Made by a program: the position numbers and the translations under genes
Part shown: positions 30,783 through 40,822 of the stretch, one piece after another
Numbering within the stretch: position 1 is the first letter of the stretch
How the letters are laid out: every line of letters starts with the position of its first letter
From: Babesia bigemina
Lineage: Eukaryota
Length of the DNA stretch: 64,000 nt
Assembly (NCBI RefSeq): GCF_000981445.1
Contig: NC_027218.1
Coordinates: 1,860,001 to 1,924,000, forward strand
Direction of reading: 5' to 3'
The notes under the pieces: generated by a model
Database searches by the model: none
The model's input: only the letters and a program-made list of their open reading frames with translations
What the model was told of the DNA's origin: nothing

Positions 30783-31383
30783 ATGAAGAGAGGTAATTCG
30801 CGCCGTTCGGAAATACATAGCCTGCAGGACGTGGAGGTGCCGGTGGCAACAAGCTCCGCGTTACCCTGGGTCTACCCGTGGGGGCCATCGTCAACTGCTG
30901 CGACAACAGCGGAGGCAAGAACCTCTACATCATCGCCGTTAAGGTACGCTCTTCGCGCCTGTGGACCGGGATGACGTGATGATTTTCAATGATAGGCCTG
31001 AACATCTTGATGATTTCATACAGCCGAACAATCCGATTCTGAACCCGTTGCATAACCAAACCACCTTCATCGAATTCATGACCTTCCAGGGTATCGGCGC
31101 CTGCCTCAACAGGCTGCCGTCGGCCGCCGTCGGCGACATGGTCCTCGCGACCGTCAAGAAGGGAAAGCCCGACCTCAGGAAGAAGGTCCACCCCGCCGTC
31201 ATCGTGCGCCAGCGCAAGGCCTGGAGGCGCAGGGAGGGCTACTTCATCTACTTCGAGGACAACGCCGGAGTCATCGTAAACCCCAAGGGAGAAATGAAGG
31301 GGTCCGCCATCACCGGCCCTGTCGCCAAGGAGTGCGCAGAGCTGTGGCCCAAAATCTCCGCCGCGGCGCCCTCTATTGTTTAA
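30783..31383 (+). CDS. RPL23: 60S ribosomal protein L23 (uL14), 3 exons
   Basis: [52 protein letters not shown]...[36 protein letters not shown]; introns 30793-30827 and 30944-31089. Confidence 0.97.
30967..31047 (+). ncRNA. intronic box C/D snoRNA (two guides)
   Basis: Box C GTGATGA 30976-30982, D' CTGA 30998-31001, C' TGATGA 31008-31013, D CTGA 31039-31042, terminal CGGG/CCCG stem. Guides are complementary to conserved LSU rRNA sequences. Confidence 0.88.
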
Positions 31384-31418
31384 AAAAAACTACGATAATT
31401 TAGTGCATTATCGGAGAG

Positions 31419-32360
31419 TTACATCAGAAACACGATGTATATTATGACAAATGCCACCAGGATGAAGAAGATCTTCAGTAGCAGCGTGCGATTGCTCGAG
31501 ATGCGCTTGTAGTAGCGGGACAGCTCGTTCTGGGCTGCGAAACAGTGGCTCGGTGCGGATGTCGGCTAACCTGATATCACGTTGTTGAGTGACTCCTCGG
31601 TGTCCGCGTCGATGCGCTGGATCATCTCGTCCTGCTGCGTCACCATCGTGGTCACGCGCTGGAAGATCTGGGTGAGCTCGCTGATGGCGCGTTGCACGTT
31701 GGCGAGCGCCTCCGCCTTGGCGTCCGCAATCACAGAGCGCGAGGGCCGTTCCAGCTCGCCGCTGCAGCGCGATGAGGGCCCATTTACCACCAGATGCACC
31801 TACCTCTCGATGTCGAACTGCTGGCCGCCCTCGTCGGGCTGCTGCATGGTGAAGCGGCGACGGCCGTAGCCCGACGACATGGCGTTGCGGTCCAGGTCGC
31901 TGTGCGAGTACATCTTGCGACGCGACTCCTGCTGGATCATGATCTGGGCGCGCTGGTAAAGCGCGTCCTTCAGGCTCTTCGTCAGCTCGCACAGCTCCTT
32001 GCGCAGGGAGCCGAGCAGGTTCTCGTAATGCTGGCGCATGTGCTCATTCTTGTGGCGCACGCTGTTCATGCGAGACTCGAAGGCGTCGATACGGTTGGAC
32101 GCGGCCGTTATGCTCTCCTTTACCTCCCCAGTCAGACGCTCAATCTCCGCAGTGTGGTCCACGTAGATGCTGCGCTTGCGCGCCAGCGCCGTCAGCTCGG
32201 ACAGTTTCATGCCGCATTTCGACAGCTCCACGCTCAAACGCTGGGCGTCAACCTCGAGTTGCGATGGCTCCGCCGACGGAGATGCCGACGAGGCCGCCAC
32301 CGGAGAGTTGCGCGCAACCTCCTGGAGGAACACATTAGTGCGGTTTACACCGCTCACCAT
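31419..32360 (-). CDS. STX5: syntaxin 5 (Sed5) Qa-SNARE, 3 exons
   Basis: N-terminal VNRTNVF (Sly1-binding-like), KLSELTALARKRSIYVDHTAEIERLT, SNARE motif ISELTQIFQRVTTMVTQQDEMIQRID, C-terminal TM LLKIFFILVAFVIIYIVFLM*; two short introns. Confidence 0.92.
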
Positions 32361-33031
32361 TGCGGGATGGCGTCTGAATCACATGAATGCTGAGGGCGGC
32401 TACGAGGTCCACCATAAGCGGCTTAACGGCTCGAGCCACTACAGCCCGGCGTGCGCGCGGCTACACGTTTAGCACTTTAACGAGCGATGTGTAAAGTCCA
32501 CGCATGCTATTCGCGCAGAAGCGGTCGTTGTGTGGCAATGCCGCTGTACACAGTTGGAATTTTGTGATCCCTGGACGGCGGTGTCTCGGTGCCTAGAGGG
32601 ACGGCCGGCGAATAAGTCCGCGGGAAAGCTGCAGCCGTACAAAAGGACTTGCACATCGCACTTCAATCCATCGAATATAGCACAAATTTTAGATCTGGTG
32701 TGGCTGAACCTTGCCATAGGCGCTTATGCCACCGATAGCCAACAACGATGTCTTTCTGTAAAGACATACATGGAAGCGTTGTACCGGGCAACGGCCGATC
32801 ACACCAATTACAGCCATAAGGGTACAAATAGACACGAGGACACAATATAGGCTGGCGACACGGTTAACTCTGGATTCTACCGTCAACGCAAAGTTCAGTT
32901 TAGGCGAATAAAAAGGCACGCCCGGCATCGCCGTTCGCTGAACAGACATACACCCTGGGTCATGTTGATAAGAGATAGGCTCATTGCGTCGGGATTGAGA
33001 ATATAGATTGGCGAATTGACATCCCTCAGTG

Positions 33032-34239
33032 ATGGCCAGCAGCCGGTTGCGGCAGCCGCAGGCAGTGGAGGATGCGCTGGAGTTCGTGCGCAACAAGGTA
33101 AGTTAGATCGTGGCATTCAACGACGGCACGATTGTACAGTTTGCGGATGTTGGGAACGACCTGGATCTGGTTGAAAAAAAGCTGACGGCAGAATTGGGCG
33201 CGGTATTCGGTCCAGATGTCTTCCAACTGCACGGCCGCTGTCAAGACCTCAAGGCGCAAATCAACAAAATAACGCGCGATCTCGCGGTAGGTCCAGAATT
33301 TGCTAGTAGTGGTGTAACATTGCCTGTAGGAGCTGTACGAGGCGCGTAAGGAGCTGGTAAATGTTATCGGGAACCAGCTCACACTATCGGCGTCACTCAA
33401 AAACTTCGAGGTACGACGAGAGTCTGAGGGACTGTTTGTGCTGCAATGATGTAAAATTGAACGTGAATGCGTGATTGCCAGTGTTACAGCGTTAGTGCCA
33501 TTATTATGCACGTGCAGCGAATGATCGAACCGCACGCCAAGGTGGATGACGACACCCATTCCATGGAGATGTTGGGGATGCATTACCAGGCCATATGGAA
33601 CGGCGAGGAATTCGAGGTACAAGAGGTGGAAGAAGTGGAGACGGCGCGGCCTCTGACCCCGCTAACGGCCATAGGGTTGGTGTCTTCGATCATGTCGTGC
33701 AATGCGATGACAGCAGCAACCTCGACGTGACGCCAACAAAGGCCGAGACTCCCACAACACCGGACATGGCTTTCAAGCCTGTAAGTGCGGTCGGATCTGA
33801 TCAATCAATGCGCAGATATCGCAGAAGCAGTTCGACGACATACCGGCCCTGGTCAAAAGGCGCGCAAAGCTGGAACAGGTCAACGAACTGTACCAGCACC
33901 TCTTTGACAAGGCGGTTGAGCGCAAAAGGTGCGATACTAACACTGGTAACAGCGCGTAACAAACATCACAGGTGTCTACCAGTGAAGCTGAAGGAGATAT
34001 CGCAGTCGGGGATACAGGTGTTCGGGCAGACTGGTAAGCCGGAAAACGCGCGATTGCCAGACACATTCAGGGTCTTCCAAATTGGCATCACTGAGGTATC
34101 TAAAAGTTGTCGAAATCAATAACAAGTGGGTGCAAAACATCACATGAATTCACCACTGGGCAGGGAGGAGACCGTCACACTGCTGGACGAACGGTTTTCC
34201 GGCACACATCACAAAATCAGAAAGCTAATGCGACACTAG
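33032..34239 (+). CDS. SKA2: SKA2-like spindle/kinetochore-associated protein, 9 exons
   Basis: Splicing eight GT-AG introns gives MASSRLRQPQAVEDALEFVRNK|FADVGNDLDLVEKKLTAEL (SKA2 N-terminal F..A..DLD.I...L..E pattern) and C-terminal FKP|ISQKQFDDIPALVKRRAKLEQVNELY...VFGQTG|SSKLASLRYLKVVEI (SKA-type C-domain). Confidence 0.65.
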
Positions 34240-34359
34240 CTATTAGAAAAACGTAATGAGCAGCATAAACACCGATTAGACACACCGCATGTCATTCCCG
34301 ACATCGTACACATGTGCGATGTCGTAGCGGAATCCTACCGACCTGCGACAAAACATAAA

Positions 34360-37300
34360 ATGGAAGTGTTACATAAAGCGCAGCAATGGCTGCCGCTTAT
34401 TATCGCAGCGCTAGCGCACCTGGTGTGCACGCGCAACGCCAACGAATTTTACACATTCAAGGACGCTACGGCGACGTCGGTGTACGTTACCAATACGGAC
34501 GACGAGCAGAAGTTTGGCCCGGCAAGAGCTTTCCAAATCGGCGCTTCTTACTGGTGCAGCGCCGGCAGCCACACGTCGACCGACTTCGGTAGGTGAAGGT
34601 TACGCCGTCGCTCACAGGCGCAGTGTCTTGGACCGGAGAACTGTGGGACCTGGCCAAGGTATCGCAAATCGAGGTAATATGGGAATACGCACCCAAGGTA
34701 AGAAGAGTTGCGATATTTTTGCACATCCGTGCCAGGAAGTTGAAATATCGACTTCTATCACACAGGACAGCTTCAACGTTGTCATGCCCTTCCGGGAGAC
34801 TTTCGAGAGCAAGCGTAGGTTAATGTGGCCCAGTTACGGACGTATGCAGCATCGTACAAGGAGGTGTTCAAGTTGGATCTCCCAGTGGAGGCCAGATATG
34901 TGAGACTCACACTGAGGGGTGCCATCAACGAATACTTCGGCATCAGGGAAATACACATCGTCGGGGCGGGCGATCCCATGTTCGTCATCAAGTCCGGCAT
35001 ATCAACGACGCTGGGCGAGATGTGCCTGCAACTGGAGGAGGGGCGCACGGAAAACAACACACGCGTTGTACTTGATTTGTGCACCCACGCCATAGCAGCT
35101 GCGGACGGCAGGGTAAGGCGCTCGTAGTTCCCGATGTCACATGCGATGTAGGATCTATGGAGGCACGATTCCAGACAAAGGCTGGTCAGCGCCATTACAT
35201 CGCCACCCAAGTGCCTAACGTCAGTCAGCCCAAACAAAAGTAAGTTAGGGCATACCGGAAGTGTCACTTTTGTCAGTTGGGGCCCTAGTAATCACGGAGT
35301 GCAATGACGAGGGTGACGAGCAGTGTCGGTGGGAGTTCATGGGAAATGGGCAGCTTGCGCTGAAGAACGTCAGCGACCTCTGCATGACGCAGGCGGCGCT
35401 CTACGAAGACAAGGCCGGCATGGGCAACCTCCTAAACATCATGAAATCCAAGATACAAATCGTTGCCTCCAGTACCACGGATAGGCATGGCGCGGAGCTT
35501 GCTATGGACGGTGATGTGAAGACGTACTGGGCGTCGGAGCTGTTCCTCGATTCAAACATACACAGCGTGAACCTGACCATCAACTTCGGTAAGGGTCGAT
35601 ATACGTCCGCCTGAACTGTGCCTGTAGGGGAGTCGGTGCACGCAGCAAGAGTCAGAATTGACTGGGAATACCAGCCCACGACCTACATAATAGAGGGCAG
35701 CACCGATAACATCGTGTTTAAGGAGCTCGCCCGGAACGTGTCGAACTCCGACCACATCACCATAGACACGCTGGCGATGAAGGCGTTCAAGCAGCTGAGA
35801 ATCGTCATGCTCAGACCACATCATTCCATGGGTAAAGTGGAGGGAGGGTTTGTGTATGGAATAAGGGAAGTGGAGGTGCTCACCAGCAACATGGAAACGG
35901 TGCTGGGCAACTGCAGGGCAGCAGCAAACACCCCAGATGCTAGAGACAAATATTTCGTATCTTACGTCTCGGAATTCGAGCCTGGACTCGCACATGTGAT
36001 AAAAAACATGGAAGACGAAATACATAACATGACAGGAGAAATCATGGATGAAATGGCGACGCTCAATGACACACTAGACGAGACCGATGCCTGCATGCAG
36101 GACAAGAAAGAGTATGACAAGACGCTAGAAAGGGTGCATACGAAGGAAACTGCGCTCTGGAAGCAAATACAGGCGTCCTCGTTGTGCGACAAGTCTGCAA
36201 ACACGGAAGTGATGTACTCCACTGTTGGTGAAACCATGAAAAACGCGGCAGAGGACTGCTATGTTATCAAGCAGATGATGGGGAATCCGACTTCCGGATT
36301 CTACTGGATCCAGCCGCGGTGCTCGAAGCATCCTCTGCGGGTGTACTGTGATATGAACTCCCAGACGTCCATGTTCATATGGAACGGCAAGGATGCGCAT
36401 GCGGCGCCTCAGTCACTGCAGAGCATGACTTCTCCGCTAGCAATCAGGTACCAGTGCGCCGCTTTCGGTTTGGAGCCGCTGGTGGTCAAGTCCAAGCACC
36501 AACTGGATGGGCTCAAAGAGGCGTTGTATATCATGGGCTTCGAGAAAAAAACCGAACACTACGTGCCGCTGGCGTACAAGTTTGGGAACTCGCACAAGTT
36601 CAGAGACCTGATGAACATTTTCTCATTCATGACGGATTCGGCCATAATTGAGACGAATGCGCCGGGTGACAAAACCGATGAAGTCACGCAAGCTCTGCAC
36701 ACCGTCAACCACAATGCAGCCGGGCTGTCTTTAGAGACGGGAGAAGTGGAAAAGTTCGATCTGGAGGCGGCCAACGTGGAGGCTATTGTGTGCTCAACCA
36801 ACATCACGGACGACAACGTGGTGCCGATCGACATCAAGTGTGATGACAGGATCGACAAAACCGAGGCTTTGGTGGCAAACACCAACACCAACATCGTTGT
36901 GAGGTGTTCGGAGCACTGCGCCGAAAGGAAAGAGTTGCCGGTGTACGGAGTTGATGGAGTGTACAGCGAACGGAGCTCAATATGCAGGGCCGCAATCCAC
37001 GCCGGAGTCATCGCAAGCAGGGGGACATTCACGGTGGCCGTTGAGAGCGGTCTGCCGTTCTACAGCGGCAGAACAGAGAATGGCATACAGAGCTATGCGT
37101 ACAACAAGGCGTGGCAGGGCGCAAAGGACATTTTGGACGCCCAGATGCCAGATGATGAAAAGGAAGTGGAGCACACGGGCCCCCCCTCCAAATTCAGCAT
37201 TCGAATACTGCCTCGGGAACGCTTATGCCCAATCGTGCAAACGCACGGGTCATTTTTGCAGGTGCCCAACAAAGAGAATGAGAAAGCGGGAAAGTCTGAA

Positions 37301-39523
37301 GGAAAAGGCCAGTCGACTGCAGTTGAAAAGCCTGTCCCAAAAGAGGGAGACAAGGCGGACTCCAAGGGGGCACCCGATGAAAGCGAAGTTATGGACATTA
37401 CCGATCTGGATCCCAACACGAAAACCGAGGCTGCCAAGGTGCTCACCGAGATGAACGCCATGTATGGGATGGACCCCAAGACTGTGGTCAACACCGTCAG
37501 GAACATCGCCGCCTTGGTAAGCCGAGCCAAGAAGTACATAAAGCCGCTCGAGTCAATTACACGGCACCAGGAGAAGCAAATGAACACGATGTGGGTTATC
37601 TAGTTGCATGAATCACAGTGTTACAGGTTTGACCGCGTGGAGGTAGCTTCTCAGAAGGCCACGCATCTAAAGGAAGTGAAGGAATCGCATAAAACGAACT
37701 ATGAAAGGCTACTGCATGAACAACAGGCGAAAGGGGTAGAAAGCGAAGCGCCAATCACCTTGGACTACACCAAAATGGCCTTCTCAAAAACATTCAGGGT
37801 CTACGACACAAGCATGACTTCGGGGGGTGAGAGCCGATGGGGATACTCGGACGCACCGTTCGAAGGCCACCAAAGCTACATGGTGCAGAGCAGCGATGTG
37901 GACAGCTCGTTGCTAGGGGAAGGGGCGTTCGCAATCCTGAACAACCGTCGGTACTTCGACTTCGACCTCAAGGTCGACGTGTTGGCTAAAAACGATGGAG
38001 CGGTAGGCGTGGCATTCCGGGTGCAGGATCAATTTAACTTCTACCTTTTCGTCATGAATTCGCGGCAGAGCCACAAGCAGCTCATTAAGGTGCAAGACGG
38101 AGTTGCTCTCGTCCTGGCAACCAACCCGGATGAAGGATACCAGAAAAACAAGTGGATCGCTGTGGACATTTCGGCAACCAGCAACTCTGTCGTAATCAAG
38201 TGCGACGACAAGACTATACTCAGGTAAAACTCAGCAATATGGCATGCACGTTGTCGCAGGGTGTTGGACACGTCATTCTTGCACGGTGCGGTGGGACTGT
38301 ATTCGTGCGGCAGCAACGGGAACTTCTACTACGACCACTTCAGCGTCTCGCCAAAGGCGCAAGTAAAAGAGGATCGTACGTCCAACGAGGCAAGGCTTAA
38401 GACGCTCAAGTGCTGCACATACAACGAAAACTTCGACGGGAAGTTCAGCAGTGCGTACACCGTCGTCACCCCTCACCATGTGCACGCAACTTCGTGGCGA
38501 TTCAAAGACATCCTTGGGGGAAAGCACAAAGCGATACACCAGCGCCACTCCGCTCAGGACGCGTTGGATATCGGCTCAATAGCGCTGCTCAAGAACGCCA
38601 GGATGTGCAGAAATGGCCACATGAAGTTCAGGTTCCTGCCCACATGCGAGGGAGGCGTCCTCGGCGCGGTAGTTCGCTACGCTGATATAAACAACATGGT
38701 GTTGGTGGAGATAAGCTGGAAGGAGCTCAGAATCAGGCATATACAGGCAGGCGCAGCCAAGGTGCTCGTGACAGTGCCAGCCGCATTTGCTGTTTCGAAG
38801 TGGAATGTCATGAACGTGGCAATCGACGATAAGAGCATATCGGTTAAGGTGCACAACAACGTCGAGCACGGGTCGTTCCTGACCAGTATCTTCAAGAATG
38901 CTGACTTCGAGTGCAGCGCCGAGATAGGTGACGACAGCGCCTTGGGCTTCGGACTGGGACTCAAGGCGAGCGCCTGTGATTCCAGCTACTTCGACACCCT
39001 GCACATCTCTCCCGAAGAAAACAACCAGGCGCTTCCCGCCACCAACCTCATACAGCAGTACTCCGCCGCCAACCTGTGGAAGCCGTGCGTCGAAAACGTG
39101 CACATACTCAGCAGGGTGGGGCTCTGCAGGCAAATGTATCGCAACAAGGGGAACGCGCACGTGTGCGCCGAGAGCTTCTGCGCGCCGTGCTGCAGCTACC
39201 ACACGACGCTGCTGGGTGACGTCCACCAGCAGGCATGCGTGGCGGAGTGCCAGAAAAACAACCACCTCGTCCACAGCTACCTCGAGAGGTTCCTCTCATA
39301 CGTCAGCAGCTGCGTGTCGCTCAAGGGGGTCGGCTTCGACCACTGCGAAGGGGTGAGTTCAACGATGGTTCGCGAAACAACTGTGCGTCAGGACCGGCAG
39401 TGCCTGAGACAGGCGTGCAAGCTCTGCTGCGGCAGCGGCCACCGAGAAAACGGGCCGCTCGACAAGAACCTGATGGCGCTAGAGACCTCCAGCTGCCTAG
39501 CGCAGTGTAACAGCCTAGTGTAG
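34360..39523 (+). CDS. LCCL-domain adhesin, CCp1/CCp2 type (ricin, discoidin, NEC/fibrinogen-like, LCCL, 2x levanase-like, Cys-rich C-terminus), ~10 exons
   Basis: Signal-like N-terminus; AMDGDVKTYWAS discoidin; SGFYWIQPRC...VYCDM NEC; VYG..VYSERSSICRAAIHAGVI LCCL; GVAFRVQDQFNFYLF levanase-like; C-terminal FC..CC...C...C. About nine short introns. Confidence 0.9.
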
Positions 39524-39602
39524 GGCCGAGTCGGGGAACCCGGCCGACATGTATGCCAAAGTGCAACAATTTTGTACAATAATGTAACGACTGTTCCGTA
39601 TT

Positions 39603-40742
39603 TCAGAACTTTAAATCGGTGCGGGTGACAATCAGGTGAGGGTTCACGTGAAGGTCACTCAACGTTTCCATGAGATTCGGAAACATCGCGTTCACGCGCT
39701 GCATGTTTTCGCGGCCCACAAACTTCAAAATGCTGTCCTTGTAGGACTCATTTTTCAGGCGGCGCATCAGCAGCGCCCCCGCGTTGGGGTCCACGGGCTG
39801 TTTCGCCCGGTCTGGGGTCGAATACTTCATGTACTCGAATTCCTTCAAAAGGCGGCGGTACGGGTCCACCAGGCTGTCGAACCACGACATCTTCGCGTAC
39901 GGCGTTTCACACAGACTGGCGTACAACGACGCCATAGCCTTCAGCGCACCTAGCAGGCCTCCCGGTGCGGTCAGCGCCGTTCCCAGAGGTTCGCGCGCTT
40001 GCGATTCGTTCGTCAGAGCCTTACTGATGGCGTCGGTCATGGGATGTGTTTTTGGTGGATCTCGTGGCGTGGGCTTGTCATTGCACGAGTCTTGCGATAT
40101 AGACACCTTACGAATACGACGGCGCTTTGCCGCAGAGGTGACGCCGGGAAAACGGTATAGTGAAGATGTTTTGGTAACGGCGGCTGCATGGAGATGACGC
40201 ACACAGAAGTTAGAAAACGTACTTGTGTCGTCCTTGGAGACCGCAGCCGACTCTGCAGGCGCACGGTTCGCGTTTTGCGACGCCCGCTTGGTCTTTACAT
40301 CCAGCATACTAATAATCTGCTTCACCATCTCAGGGCGAAGAGAGGCATAGGTCTCCTCAAGCCTCAATGCCGCCCGGTACTGCGCCGAATCCGATTTGTT
40401 GTACGCCTTCACATTCTCCACGATAAGTGCAATGTCCTCGTCGAAAATGGAGGGGTCGTCCAGGTATTTCAAGCCCTCCACCTTCTGCTGCATCACGCTG
40501 AGGTCCATCGGGACCTTCACGGCGCGGGTGTACTCCACGAGCGTACATGGGTCGGCGGGAGTGGAGAGTATGTTTTCAGTGTCCAAAAGCTTGAGCTTGT
40601 TCAACGTGCTAGCGTACACATCTTTCAGGCGCCGCGTTATCCCGTTAGCGTCTAGTCTGCTAAGCGATAGACCGAATTTACGTGCTATGTGTGGCTTAGT
40701 GGTCAGACCATACGCGTGCAGCGTGTTACGCACACCTCCCAT
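39603..40742 (-). CDS. bromodomain-containing protein
   Basis: EYTRAVKVPMDLSVMQQKV...Y...F.EDIALIVENVKAYN...Y.AA..LE, with the conserved YN Asn. Confidence 0.85.
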   Translation of the reverse strand: MGGVRNTLHAYGLTTKPHIARKFGLSLSRLDANGITRRLKDVYASTLNKLKLLDTENILSTPADPCTLVEYTRAVKVPMDLSVMQQKVEGLKYLDDPSIFDEDIALIVENVKAYNKSDSAQYRAALRLEETYASLRPEMVKQIISMLDVKTKRASQNANRAPAESAAVSKDDTSTFSNFCVRHLHAAAVTKTSSLYRFPGVTSAAKRRRIRKVSISQDSCNDKPTPRDPPKTHPMTDAISKALTNESQAREPLGTALTAPGGLLGALKAMASLYASLCETPYAKMSWFDSLVDPYRRLLKEFEYMKYSTPDRAKQPVDPNAGALLMRRLKNESYKDSILKFVGRENMQRVNAMFPNLMETLSDLHVNPHLIVTRTDLKF

Positions 40743-40822
40743 TTCGATACAGCCGCGAAAGTCTTTGGCGGCGAGTTAAGAGCGCGCAGCGACGACGCGC
40801 ACGACCCAACACCAATGCGGTG

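Noticed and set aside
33411..33517. Longer (107-nt) SKA2 intron as a snoRNA host
   Set aside because: ATGATG is present but there is no downstream CTGA box D and no convincing H/ACA layout.
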